Assembly: GCA_039179915.1 (NCBI GenBank)
Contig: JBCDEF010000001.1
Coordinates: 1 to 53,036 of the forward strand
Source of the DNA: Planctomycetota bacterium
GTDB taxonomy: Bacteria; Planctomycetota; Phycisphaerae; Phycisphaerales; UBA1924
Reading direction: 5' to 3'
DNA: 53,036 bases
Shown one piece after another: positions 1 to 8,088 of this stretch; position 1 is the stretch's first letter; each line of letters starts with the position of its first letter. A program made the translations under genes and the position numbers. The notes beneath the pieces were generated by a model. It was given only the letters and a program-made list of their open reading frames with translations. It ran no database searches and was not told where the DNA came from.

Positions 1-29
1 AGGAGGGGTGGGCGTGCGCGCTGGGGTCG

Positions 30-860
30 GTGCGCTCGCTCACGCCGGAGGATGTCGATCGCGACATCACGATCCGCGGCGAGCGGATCACGGCCGTGAT
101 CGCGCCCGCGGCCGAGAAACCCGAGCAGACCGATGAATCAGACCGCGCGGACCGCGCCGTCCTGGGCGGCGAGCGGGTGTTGGTCTCGGCGATCCTTGAG
201 CAGCTTGAATCATCCGAGCCGCCGAGCGTGGAGCTGCTCTCGAGGACGGACCCGGGCGCCGAGCCGGACCGGGTGGTGCTGCTGACCGGCGAGCGGATCG
301 AGGCCGACAACACGGCCGGGCGGCTGGTTGTGCCGCAGTCGGGGCGGCTGCTGGTCTCCGACCGGCGGCTGGAGGAGGGCTCGGCGGACCGGGAGAACGC
401 GGCGGCCCGTGGTTCGGCACTGTTCGACTGGGACGGCTCGATGCTGCTCGACCGCCGCGCCGGCAACGCGACGATGCTCGAACGCGTCCGGCTGATCCAC
501 ACGCCCCAGGGCGAAGAACGCCGCGAGATCGAGCTCGAATGCGAACGGCTGGTGACGCTGTTCGATGCAGATGAGAACGCCGAGCTTCTCGGCGATACCG
601 CGGCGGACGCCGAGATCGGTCCCGTGACCGCGTTCGGCGCGGTCTGGGCAAGGTCGGGCGGGCAGCAGATGCTCGCCGACACGATCAACTACGAGCCGTC
701 GACGGGCGTGGCCAATGCGTCGGCGGCCGAGAGCGGCTGGGTCACGCTGTTCGACCCGGCGCGGAGCCAGGCGGTCACGGCCGAGCAGCTGCTCTGGTCG
801 GTCGATACCGGGCGGATCGAGGTGATCCGGCCGACGCCGGTCGAGGTTCCGAACCAATAG
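30..860 (+). CDS. hypothetical protein, probably 5'-truncated by the window edge
   Basis: 276-aa ORF with protein-like composition. There is no signal peptide at the GTG start and the frame stays open back to nt 3. I have only a weak LptA/OstA-like impression (repeated GERI / RLVV strand-like segments); no family is recognised with confidence. Confidence 0.5.
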   Translation: MRSLTPEDVDRDITIRGERITAVIAPAAEKPEQTDESDRADRAVLGGERVLVSAILEQLESSEPPSVELLSRTDPGAEPDRVVLLTGERIEADNTAGRLVVPQSGRLLVSDRRLEEGSADRENAAARGSALFDWDGSMLLDRRAGNATMLERVRLIHTPQGEERREIELECERLVTLFDADENAELLGDTAADAEIGPVTAFGAVWARSGGQQMLADTINYEPSTGVANASAAESGWVTLFDPARSQAVTAEQLLWSVDTGRIEVIRPTPVEVPNQ

Positions 861-896
861 AAAGAGCTAGGCAAGAGCCGCAGCCGTGCCTTCTGT

Positions 897-932
897 TCAG
901 GCGTCGGTCAGGGGTTGGTCTCAGGCGTCGGT
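897..932 (-). repeat. 12-nt direct repeat TCAGGCGTCGGT x2, 24 nt apart, duplicating the last codons and TGA stop of nuoC
   Basis: 897-908 and 921-932 are identical. The minus strand reads ACC GAC GCC TGA, then GAC CAA CCC CTG ACC GAC GCC TGA in the same frame. Confidence 0.9.
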
Positions 933-1469
933 GCGGTCGACGACCTTGTACATCTCGCGTTCGCCGCGGCCCTTGACGGGGTAGTCCTTGCGGAGCGGGT
1001 GGCCCGGGAACTCTTCCCAGGTCAGGATCCGCCGCAGGTCCGGGTGGTTGCGGAAGCGGATGCCGAACATATCGAAGACCTCGCGCTCCTGCCACTCGGC
1101 GCCGGCCCAGAGATCGGTCACCGAATCGAGCACGAGTGCTGGGTCTTCTTCGATGCCCTCGGTCGGCACGGTCGGGTCGAGGAAGACGCGGACCCAGATC
1201 CGGTCGTCGCGGCTGTAGGCGCAGAGGTTGTAGAGCACCGCGAACCGGCCGGGCTGCTCGCCGGGATAGTTCAGGTAGTCGATGCCGGCGATGTCGGAGA
1301 GGAAGTTGAACAGGCAGCGTTCGTTGTCGCGGAGGAAGGCCATGACCGCGTGCAGGTTCTCCGGCGGGACGACGAGGGTTGTCTGTCCGCGGAACTCGGT
1401 CGCCCGGAAACGCACATCGGGGAAAGCTTCTTTGACGATCGGGAGGACGGGGTGGTCGAGCTTGGGCAT
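921..1469 (-). CDS. nuoC: NADH-quinone oxidoreductase subunit C (complex I 30-kDa subunit)
   Basis: Hallmark AEWQEREVFDMFGIRFRNHPDLRRILT and FPGHPLRKDYP. I chose the ATG at 1469 (MPKLDHP) with GGAG 8 nt upstream rather than the longer ORF start at 1511. Confidence 0.9.
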   Translation of the reverse strand: MPKLDHPVLPIVKEAFPDVRFRATEFRGQTTLVVPPENLHAVMAFLRDNERCLFNFLSDIAGIDYLNYPGEQPGRFAVLYNLCAYSRDDRIWVRVFLDPTVPTEGIEEDPALVLDSVTDLWAGAEWQEREVFDMFGIRFRNHPDLRRILTWEEFPGHPLRKDYPVKGRGEREMYKVVDRTDA

Positions 1470-1515
1470 CGCGGAGCTCCTGTGGGAGGTGCGTGCCGAA
1501 GACGCACGCAAAAGC

Positions 1516-2256
1516 CTAGGCGAGCAGGGCCGCGTCGCGCGGGTCGATCAGCAGCGCCGGGCGGTCGGCGAGCGGCGATCCTCGCCAAGCGTCGAGTACG
1601 AGCTCGGCCGTTCCCGGTTGGTCGGTCAGTGGCTGCAACCCGACCCGCCCGTCCGTGATGACCGGCGCCGCGAGCACGCTGCCGACCGCGGCGTCGAGTG
1701 TGCCGAGCGCGTCGAAGGCTCTGGCCGCGTGGTCGGGCAGCTCGGGCATCATTTCCGGTGTGAGCATTGAGGGCAGGTCGACGAGCAGCTCGAGGCCCGC
1801 GGCCGAGGACTCGCGGAAAAAGGTTAGGCAGGCCTGGGGATCGCCAAGGACACAGCCGGCGGCGGGGCGGAGGCAGATCGAGCCGGCGGCGGCGTGGGCC
1901 GCGGGCCGGAGCTCCGCGAGGCCTTCGCGGAGCGCGGTCCAGCCCGGCTCGGTCCAGGTCCGCAGGTCTCGTGGGAACCGGCCGTTCGCCGGATCGGCGT
2001 CGTCGTCCAGCCAGCCGGCCCAGACGATCAGGCGGCCGCGTGGCTCCCGCGTAGGCCAAGCCTCGGGCCATCCCGCCGGGTCGGCGGGGTTGTCGTGCGA
2101 GAAGCGGCCAAAGGGATTGGCCGGTCCGCGGGAGGAGGCGGGGATCAGAACGATGCTGGGCGATTCCTGCGCGATACCCAGCGTATCCACGGCAGCGGTC
2201 CGACGGCTCGATCCGTTGCTGGAGGAACGCGGCCGCGCGTGCCGACCAGAGTTCAT
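1516..2256 (-). CDS. hypothetical protein (possibly sugar-phosphate isomerase/TIM-barrel-like; not recognised)
   Basis: The C-terminal ~220 aa of the 352-aa ORF have normal composition, whereas the opposite-strand ORF 1655..2608 is S/A/R low-complexity here. The start at ATG 2256 is uncertain. Confidence 0.5.
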   Translation of the reverse strand: MNSGRHARPRSSSNGSSRRTAAVDTLGIAQESPSIVLIPASSRGPANPFGRFSHDNPADPAGWPEAWPTREPRGRLIVWAGWLDDDADPANGRFPRDLRTWTEPGWTALREGLAELRPAAHAAAGSICLRPAAGCVLGDPQACLTFFRESSAAGLELLVDLPSMLTPEMMPELPDHAARAFDALGTLDAAVGSVLAAPVITDGRVGLQPLTDQPGTAELVLDAWRGSPLADRPALLIDPRDAALLA

Positions 2257-2329
2257 CAGCGAGCTTCGGCGGAGCCGGGTCCACGCGACGACGTTTTGTC
2301 TGTGTTCCCCTTGCCCCGGAGTTCCTGCC

Positions 2330-2608
2330 GTGCACACGCTGTTTGGATACGACGACCTCGCCGACGCTCCGTCCCCCATGCCCGCCGCGCCGCGGCTGAG
2401 CCTGCCTGGCGGACGGGAGGCCGCGATCGAGCGGATCCTGGAGCTGAACCCCTCGGCCTCGGCCGATTTTCTGGGCCAGTTTTCGACCGAGCAGCTCGCG
2501 TTGTACGCGGAGCACCTGACGGCTTCTCGCGGCCCGCGGGGGCGGGACGCGGTCTGGACGCGTCGAGGCGACACGCCGGCGATCGTGGCTCGGTCCAGCG
2601 CGGCCTGA
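2330..2608 (+). CDS. small hypothetical protein (92 aa)
   Basis: In-frame GTG at 2330 preceded by CCGGAG. Third codon positions are strongly G/C-biased. Sequence HTLFGYDDLADAP...ERILELNPSASADFLGQFSTEQLALYAEHL. It lies divergent from 1516..2256. Confidence 0.45.
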   Translation: MHTLFGYDDLADAPSPMPAAPRLSLPGGREAAIERILELNPSASADFLGQFSTEQLALYAEHLTASRGPRGRDAVWTRRGDTPAIVARSSAA

Positions 2609-2838
2609 CTGACCGCGGCTGAGTCTGGGGGCGAGTATTTTCGGTCTGCCGCTTATCCGGCCGCGGGCAACGTCCGATTTGCTGCATATCGGCGGAGTCG
2701 ATGACCGATCTGACGGGTAGCGAGCGGGTCTGAGTGAGGCCCGCGAGCCGTTCGGTCGGCGGCCCATGGGGGGCCCGGGCACGGATGCCGCGAGAAGACA
2801 GCCCCGGCGACACGCCACGACCGAGACGGAGCCAACGC

Positions 2839-4287
2839 ATGCCCGCACGCACACTGACCGCCGCCCAGATGCTCGCCACGCGTCCGACCGCCGCGCTGCT
2901 CGCAGTCGCCGGGATCGCGCTGGCCTCGGGCTGCTCGACCACGACCTCGCAATGGGCCGACAGCGGCGCCGACGCGGGCCAGCCCGCGTCCAATGATGCC
3001 CAGACCGCCGGGCAGACCGCTACCAACAGCACATCGACCAGCGGCGCCGAGGGCGGCTTCGTCGCCGCGAGTGACCCGGAGGGCGAGTCGGCCGTCTGGA
3101 ACCAGCTCTTGGCTGAGAACAGCGAGACCGAAAGCGACCAGCCCGGGTTTGGCTCGCCGATCGATCTGTTCGGCGACGTGGCCGGCCGCGGTATCGCCCA
3201 GGGCGACGCCACGCTGAGCGCCGCCTACGACCCGGCCGACCTGAGCCGAATCTCGTTCAGCAGCGTGGGGGCGGACTTCGACCCGGTCGCGACGGCCGAC
3301 GGGAACCACGTCTTCTTCGCGTCGACGCGCCACCGCACGACCGCGGACATCTACCGCAAGCACAAGCAGAGCCGCGTGGTGACGCAGATCACCACCGACC
3401 CGGGCCACGACGTGATGCCCGCGGTCAGCCCGGACGGCTCGCGGCTGGCGTTTGCCAGCAACCGCCAGGGGAACTGGAACATCTACGTGATCGATGCCGG
3501 CGGCGGGCAGGCCCGGCCGGTGACCGACGACGCCGCCCACGAGCTGCACGCGAGCTGGTCGCCCGACGGCACGCGGCTGGTGTACTGCCGGCTCGGGCCG
3601 GTCAGCCAGCGGTGGGAGCTGTGGCTGGTTGATGTCGAGAACCCGATGGTCAAGCACCAGATCGGGTTCGGGCTGTTCCCCGAGTTCGCGCCGGTCGCGG
3701 GCACGGGCACCAACGGCTCGAACCAGATCGTCTTCCAGCGGGCCCGGGAGCGCGGCAGCCGGCTGTTTAGCATCTGGTCGATGGACCTGCGGGGCAACGA
3801 CGCGGGCTACCTGACCGAGCTAGCCTCGCGGCCGGACGCGGCGCTGATCAACCCGACCTGGAGCCGCGACGGCAACCGCGTGGCGTACGCGAGTGTGCCG
3901 CTGGCTGCTGCGAACAACAACGGCAAGCCCGGCGAGGCCGATATCTGGATCCTCAACATCGACGGCACGGGCGAGACAAACCTGACCGCCGACGACGCGG
4001 TGAACCTGATGCCGGCCTGGGGCGAGCAGAACGAGATCTTCTTTATCTCCGACCGTTCGGGGACGGACAATATCTGGTCGGTCGCCGGCGACGAGGCGGT
4101 TCTCGCGGCGGGCGAGCCGTACGTCGGCCTCGGATCGCGGCGGACCGCGAACAGCAACGCGACCCCGGCCCAGACCGGCACGGTCCAGAACAGCACGGCC
4201 CGCGCCGCCGACCGCAAGAACCCGGAGGACGGGCTGGGCGTGAGCACCACGCCGGCGGTCGCCGATTTCCCGGTCAACGACGAGTAA
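2839..4287 (+). CDS. TolB-like periplasmic beta-propeller lipoprotein (PD40/WD40-like repeats)
   Basis: Lipobox LASGC after the ATG at 2839 (GACGGAG upstream). Repeated SPDGxxLAFxSNRxGxxxIY motifs (MPAVSPDGSRLAFASNRQGNWNIYVID; SWSPDGTRLVY; WSRDGNRVAYAS; FISDRSGTDNIW). Confidence 0.8.
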   Translation: MPARTLTAAQMLATRPTAALLAVAGIALASGCSTTTSQWADSGADAGQPASNDAQTAGQTATNSTSTSGAEGGFVAASDPEGESAVWNQLLAENSETESDQPGFGSPIDLFGDVAGRGIAQGDATLSAAYDPADLSRISFSSVGADFDPVATADGNHVFFASTRHRTTADIYRKHKQSRVVTQITTDPGHDVMPAVSPDGSRLAFASNRQGNWNIYVIDAGGGQARPVTDDAAHELHASWSPDGTRLVYCRLGPVSQRWELWLVDVENPMVKHQIGFGLFPEFAPVAGTGTNGSNQIVFQRARERGSRLFSIWSMDLRGNDAGYLTELASRPDAALINPTWSRDGNRVAYASVPLAAANNNGKPGEADIWILNIDGTGETNLTADDAVNLMPAWGEQNEIFFISDRSGTDNIWSVAGDEAVLAAGEPYVGLGSRRTANSNATPAQTGTVQNSTARAADRKNPEDGLGVSTTPAVADFPVNDE

Positions 4288-4376
4288 TCCACCCCGCCGC
4301 CGGCCTGCGAGGGCCCGCGGCGTCTTGAGACTGAATCGGGCCGCCACGGAGGGCGCCCGCGAGAGGCACGGACGCC

Positions 4377-5150
4377 ATGAAAAGTACACAGAGCATGCTT
4401 GTGATCCGATCGCTCCTGGTGATCGGGACGGTGCTGGCCGCGGGCTGTCACGGCCCGGCGCTGGTGCCGCCGAACACGCTGACGTCGCCGTACGACGTCG
4501 CCCGCGGCGAGGTGCTGTGGGCGGTCGTGCCGCTGAGCAACGAATCGGGCACGTCCATCCTGGACCCCGCGTCGGTCAGCGATGCGGTGGTGCGTGCGTG
4601 CCAGCAGATCGAGGGCATCCGCTGCCTGCCGCTGAACCGCGTGATCGCGGAGATGCGCGGGCTGAACATGGCCGCGGTCCGGTCGCCCTCGGAGGCGGCG
4701 GTGCTGGCCGAACGCCTTGGGGTGAACGTGCTGATCGTCGGGACGATCACGGACTACGACCCGTACGACCCGCCGCGTCTGGGCTTTTCGCTTGTGCTGG
4801 AGACAGCTGGAAACCTGACCTCGCCGGACTCGGCGGACTTCGGGCTCGATGCGCTCCGCGGGAGCGTTGGAGAAGACTCGTCGTCCCCGCGGGCACGGGT
4901 GCGGTACGAGCAACTGCCTTCGGCGAGCGCTTCGGTGGTGCTCGACGGCAGGAACCACGCGACGCTGATGGAGCTCCGCCGGTTCGCCGAGGGTCGGCAC
5001 GACCCTTCGTCGGCGCGCGGCTGGGAGGGGTACCTCGCGAGCATGCCTTTGTACACGGAATTCGCGGCCCACGCCGCGGTGAGCCGGCTGCTCGACCTCG
5101 AGCGGCTGCGGCTTGCCAGAGCGGGGGCCGCACGAGTGTCCGCCCGCTGA
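4377..5150 (+). CDS. lipoprotein, LpoB/DUF799-like fold (inference)
   Basis: Signal peptide with lipobox LAAGC. The pattern VVPLSNESG...AERLGVNVLIVGTITDYDPYDPPRLGFSLVLE is typical of small periplasmic regulator lipoproteins. Confidence 0.6.
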   Translation: MKSTQSMLVIRSLLVIGTVLAAGCHGPALVPPNTLTSPYDVARGEVLWAVVPLSNESGTSILDPASVSDAVVRACQQIEGIRCLPLNRVIAEMRGLNMAAVRSPSEAAVLAERLGVNVLIVGTITDYDPYDPPRLGFSLVLETAGNLTSPDSADFGLDALRGSVGEDSSSPRARVRYEQLPSASASVVLDGRNHATLMELRRFAEGRHDPSSARGWEGYLASMPLYTEFAAHAAVSRLLDLERLRLARAGAARVSAR

Positions 5151-5165
5151 GCGGTCCCGATCGGG

Positions 5166-5182
5166 GCCGCCCCGGGGGCGGC
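5166..5182 (+). terminator. GC hairpin (GCCGCC-ccggg-GGCGGC) 16 nt after the lipoprotein stop; no T-tract
   Basis: Perfect 6-bp stem seen directly in the sequence. Confidence 0.3.
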
Positions 5183-5209
5183 GGAACGGGAACAAGCCGC
5201 CGGCCGTAT
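5183..5209 (+). promoter_or_regulatory. ECF-type promoter-like motif GGAAC-N17-CGTAT upstream of xerC/D
   Basis: GGAAC at 5183-5187 and CGTAT at 5205-5209, about 74 nt upstream of the ATG at 5283. Motif match only. Confidence 0.2.
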
Positions 5210-5282
5210 CGGTCGGCGGGGCACGCGGGTCTCTCGTTTGGCGGAGCCGAACGTCGATGCCGGACGAGAAGGAGCTCGAGAC

Positions 5283-6287
5283 ATGCTGTCTCTGCCAGTC
5301 ACCGACGCCTTCGCCAGCTACCTGACCGACGAGCGTCGGTTCAGCCCCTACACGGCGCGGTGCTACAGCGCCGACCTGCGTCAGTTCATCGAGCATCTCG
5401 CCTCGCAGACCGGGACCGCGATCGAGACCGCCGGCGAGCAGCGCGAACTCGAGCACCGCCGCGGCGATGGGGCGGCGTGCGAATCGGCCACGATCACCGC
5501 GGTGATCCTCGACGGCGACGGCGACCTGATCCGCGGGTTCCTCGAGTCGCTGATGGACAAGGACTACTCGACCGCCACGGTCGCGCGGAAGATCGCCACG
5601 CTGCGGTCATTCTACAAGTGGGCGCACCGGACCGGGCTCGCGCCGAGCAATCCGATGACGCTCATCCGCACGCCGCGGCAGAGCAAGCGGTTGCCCAAGG
5701 CGATCACGATCGAGCAGGTCGAGCAGCTGCTGGCCGCACCCGGGAACGCCGATGTGCTCGGCTGCCGCGATACCGCGATGCTCGAGACGCTCTACTCGAC
5801 CGGCATCCGGGTCAGCGAGCTGGTCGGGCTGGACCGGGGCGACCTGGACATCGCGGGCCAGGCGATGCGCGTCCGCGGCAAGGGCAACAAGGAGCGGCTG
5901 GTCCCGCTCGGGCAGCACGCGATCGCCGCGATCATGCGCTACATCGACATGGCCGCCGCCGACCCCCACTACGGCCGCGGCTGGCGCGAGAACGAGGGCC
6001 AGGGGCCGCTGTTCCTCAACAAGCACGCCGAGCGGCTCTCGAGCCGATCGGTGCGCCGGAAGCTCGACAAGTACCTGCGTCAGGTCGGCCTGGACCCGAC
6101 GATCAGCCCGCACACGCTGCGGCACAGCTTCGCGACGCACCTGCTCGACAACGGCGCCGACCTGCGGGCGGTTCAAGAGCTGCTGGGCCACCAATCGCTG
6201 AGCACGACGCAGGTCTACACGCACATGTCCACCCAGCGGATGCGCGACGCGTACAACAAGGCCCACCCCCGGGCCGAGGCCGGCTAA
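5283..6287 (+). CDS. xerC: tyrosine recombinase XerC/XerD family
   Basis: C-terminal catalytic motifs HTLRHSFATHLLDNGADLRAVQELLGHQSLSTTQVYTH and RVSELVGL. The ATG at 5283 is preceded by AAGGAG. Confidence 0.9.
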   Translation: MLSLPVTDAFASYLTDERRFSPYTARCYSADLRQFIEHLASQTGTAIETAGEQRELEHRRGDGAACESATITAVILDGDGDLIRGFLESLMDKDYSTATVARKIATLRSFYKWAHRTGLAPSNPMTLIRTPRQSKRLPKAITIEQVEQLLAAPGNADVLGCRDTAMLETLYSTGIRVSELVGLDRGDLDIAGQAMRVRGKGNKERLVPLGQHAIAAIMRYIDMAAADPHYGRGWRENEGQGPLFLNKHAERLSSRSVRRKLDKYLRQVGLDPTISPHTLRHSFATHLLDNGADLRAVQELLGHQSLSTTQVYTHMSTQRMRDAYNKAHPRAEAG

Positions 6288-7522
6288 GGCTCGCCGCCGC
6301 GATCCCGAGACGCCGGGCGCCCGAGCCCGTCCAGCACGCGGTCGGCCCAGGCTTCGCCCTCAACCGGCTCGATCACGCCGATGATCCGGTCGCGGTCGAT
6401 CGCCACAAGCACGATCTCCCCCGGCGGCAGACGATCGGTGGTATCGGCGGGCGACCGCGACATCGCGATCGGCACGCCCGCATGATCGGCGTCGGGTAGC
6501 GATGCGAGCTGGTCATCCGCGGCGGCATCGTCCATCAGGCCCGCTGCTTCGGATGGTCCCACGGCGATCAGCCCCGGCGCAAAACGCAGCCAGAACCCGC
6601 GGACCGGGTCGAGATCCGACCGGCGGCGCTCGGCGGCGGCTCGGAGCTGGCTGATCGCGCGGCCGGCGCGGTCGAGCGTCCTCGGGTCCTCGACCGATGC
6701 GAACACGAGCACGCGCCACGGCGCCCGCCGATCCTCACCGGGGCGATCGTTTGTCAGCGTGTCCAACCACTCGCCGAGCGACACGGCCAGGCCGCCGGAG
6801 ACAGACAGCGCCAGGTCCGGCATGATGTCGCCGAGGCGTAGCGGCGGGCCGGCGGCGACGAGCTGATCCACCCGCGACACCGTGCGGCGGCCGGCGGTCA
6901 CGACCGGCAGGATCGGCTCGGGTTCGACGCGCGTGGACCGGAGCTCGACCCGGCCCCCGCGGAGCTCGGCATCGAGCGAGTGCAGCCGTCCGGAGTCGGT
7001 CTCGATCCGCAGCGTCACAGGGCCGACGCCCGATCGGCCGTCCAGCCGCGTCAGGCCGCCGGCCTCGGAGACGCCCTGAAACCGGATCGGCCCCAAAGCA
7101 GGATCGACCACGCGGCCTGCTGCGGACTCGGCCCAGAGCTGCGGCATCGGGCCGAGCGGGATCAGCCGCGAGAGAGCATCGATCGGCGGCACGTCGGGTG
7201 TCTGACGCTCAAGCGCTGCCCTGGACGGCGCCTCGCCGAGCCGTTCGCCGCGGACGACCTCGGGCGTGATGAGAAGACGGAGATCCTGCGCTCGCAGCTC
7301 GACCGCCGGCCGCCCGTTGATCTTGCCGAACGCGAGCCGGTAGGTTCCCTCGGCGAACGTGCCGTCGTCGCGGAACACCCTCGCCGCGACACGGTCGGCG
7401 ATCGGGCCTTCGCCATCGGCCTGGCGAAGCATGGCGAGTGCGTCGTCGACCGAAAGTCCCTGACCGCGGGCGGCGAGCGCAAAGAAGATCGAGACGATCA
7501 GCAGCACGATGCGAACGCTCAT
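6284..7522 (-). CDS. secreted hypothetical protein; C-terminal half is redoxin/thioredoxin-fold-like but lacks the CxxC motif
   Basis: N-terminal signal peptide (IVLLIVSIFFALAARG). The pattern LGDIMPDLALSVSGGLAVSLGEW...WRVLVFASVEDP resembles AhpC/TSA-redoxin N-termini but has no Cys. Its start overlaps the folK stop by 4 nt. Confidence 0.6.
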   Translation of the reverse strand: MSVRIVLLIVSIFFALAARGQGLSVDDALAMLRQADGEGPIADRVAARVFRDDGTFAEGTYRLAFGKINGRPAVELRAQDLRLLITPEVVRGERLGEAPSRAALERQTPDVPPIDALSRLIPLGPMPQLWAESAAGRVVDPALGPIRFQGVSEAGGLTRLDGRSGVGPVTLRIETDSGRLHSLDAELRGGRVELRSTRVEPEPILPVVTAGRRTVSRVDQLVAAGPPLRLGDIMPDLALSVSGGLAVSLGEWLDTLTNDRPGEDRRAPWRVLVFASVEDPRTLDRAGRAISQLRAAAERRRSDLDPVRGFWLRFAPGLIAVGPSEAAGLMDDAAADDQLASLPDADHAGVPIAMSRSPADTTDRLPPGEIVLVAIDRDRIIGVIEPVEGEAWADRVLDGLGRPASRDRGGEP

Positions 7523-8007
7523 CGCGCGGCCGCCTTCGGTCCATGCCTCTGCAACGCGATCAGCTCGGTGACGCTGCGGCCGAGCGTGGGGATCACAAGA
7601 TCGGGTGCGAGCTCGGCCAGCGGCTCGAGCACAAACATCCGCTCGGCGATGCGCGGGTGCGGCACGGTTAGCTCGGGCTCGTCGATGACGGCAGAGCCGA
7701 AGACGAGCAGATCAAGGTCGAGTGTGCGCGGCCCCCAGCGGAGGCCGTCCGATCGATCGCGGCCCGCGTCGGTTTCGATGCTCAGCAGCAGATCGAGCAG
7801 GCCGCGCGGCGTCAGGGTTGTCTCCAGCTCCGCGGCTGCGTTGAGGTAGCGGCCCTGCCCCGCGGGGCCGACCGGTTCGGTCTCGACCATCGAGGACAGG
7901 CGCAGCGAATGGATGCCGGGATCGCCCCGCAGCGAGCGGCGGGCGAAGTCTAGAGAAGCTCGGCGGTCGCCGAGGTTCGAGCCGAGAGCGATGTAGGCGG
8001 TCTGCAT
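7519..8007 (-). CDS. folK: 2-amino-4-hydroxy-6-hydroxymethyldihydropteridine pyrophosphokinase (HPPK)
   Basis: AYIALGSNLGDR...ETEPVG...RWGPRTLDLDLL...TVPHPRIAERMFVLEPL are classical HPPK motifs. Confidence 0.92.
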   Translation of the reverse strand: MQTAYIALGSNLGDRRASLDFARRSLRGDPGIHSLRLSSMVETEPVGPAGQGRYLNAAAELETTLTPRGLLDLLLSIETDAGRDRSDGLRWGPRTLDLDLLVFGSAVIDEPELTVPHPRIAERMFVLEPLAELAPDLVIPTLGRSVTELIALQRHGPKAAAR

Positions 8008-8088
8008 CGACCAAGTGTTGGCCGGCGGGACAGGCCGCGTCGAGCGGGCAGGTCTCCCCAGGGTTTCGAACGCTGAGAAGGCTTCCGG

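Noticed and set aside
2608-2838. 231-nt spacer upstream of the TolB-like gene as a riboswitch, sRNA or tRNA
   Set aside because: I saw no cloverleaf, no recognisable riboswitch core and no convincing terminator. It contains a minus-strand GCCGATAT box but no -35 and no appropriate downstream gene.
1271-2854. 527-aa minus-strand ORF and other long ORFs (12377..13879, 14670..16106, 16384..17718, 26837..28636, 36414..38006, 39845..41101)
   Set aside because: All overlap better-supported genes in another frame or strand and show the Arg/Pro/Ala/Gly bias of non-coding frames in GC-rich DNA.
5283-6287. Tyrosine recombinase as a marker of an integrated mobile element
   Set aside because: The sequence is XerC/XerD-like. 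There are no phage, transposase or conjugation genes, no flanking direct repeats or tRNA, and the neighbours are housekeeping genes.
4325-6499. 724-aa plus-strand ORF, with the 549-aa minus-strand ORF 3807..5456
   Set aside because: These are alternative frames overlapping the lipoprotein and xerC/D genes. Their composition is extremely Arg/Gly/Pro-rich and they carry no motifs.
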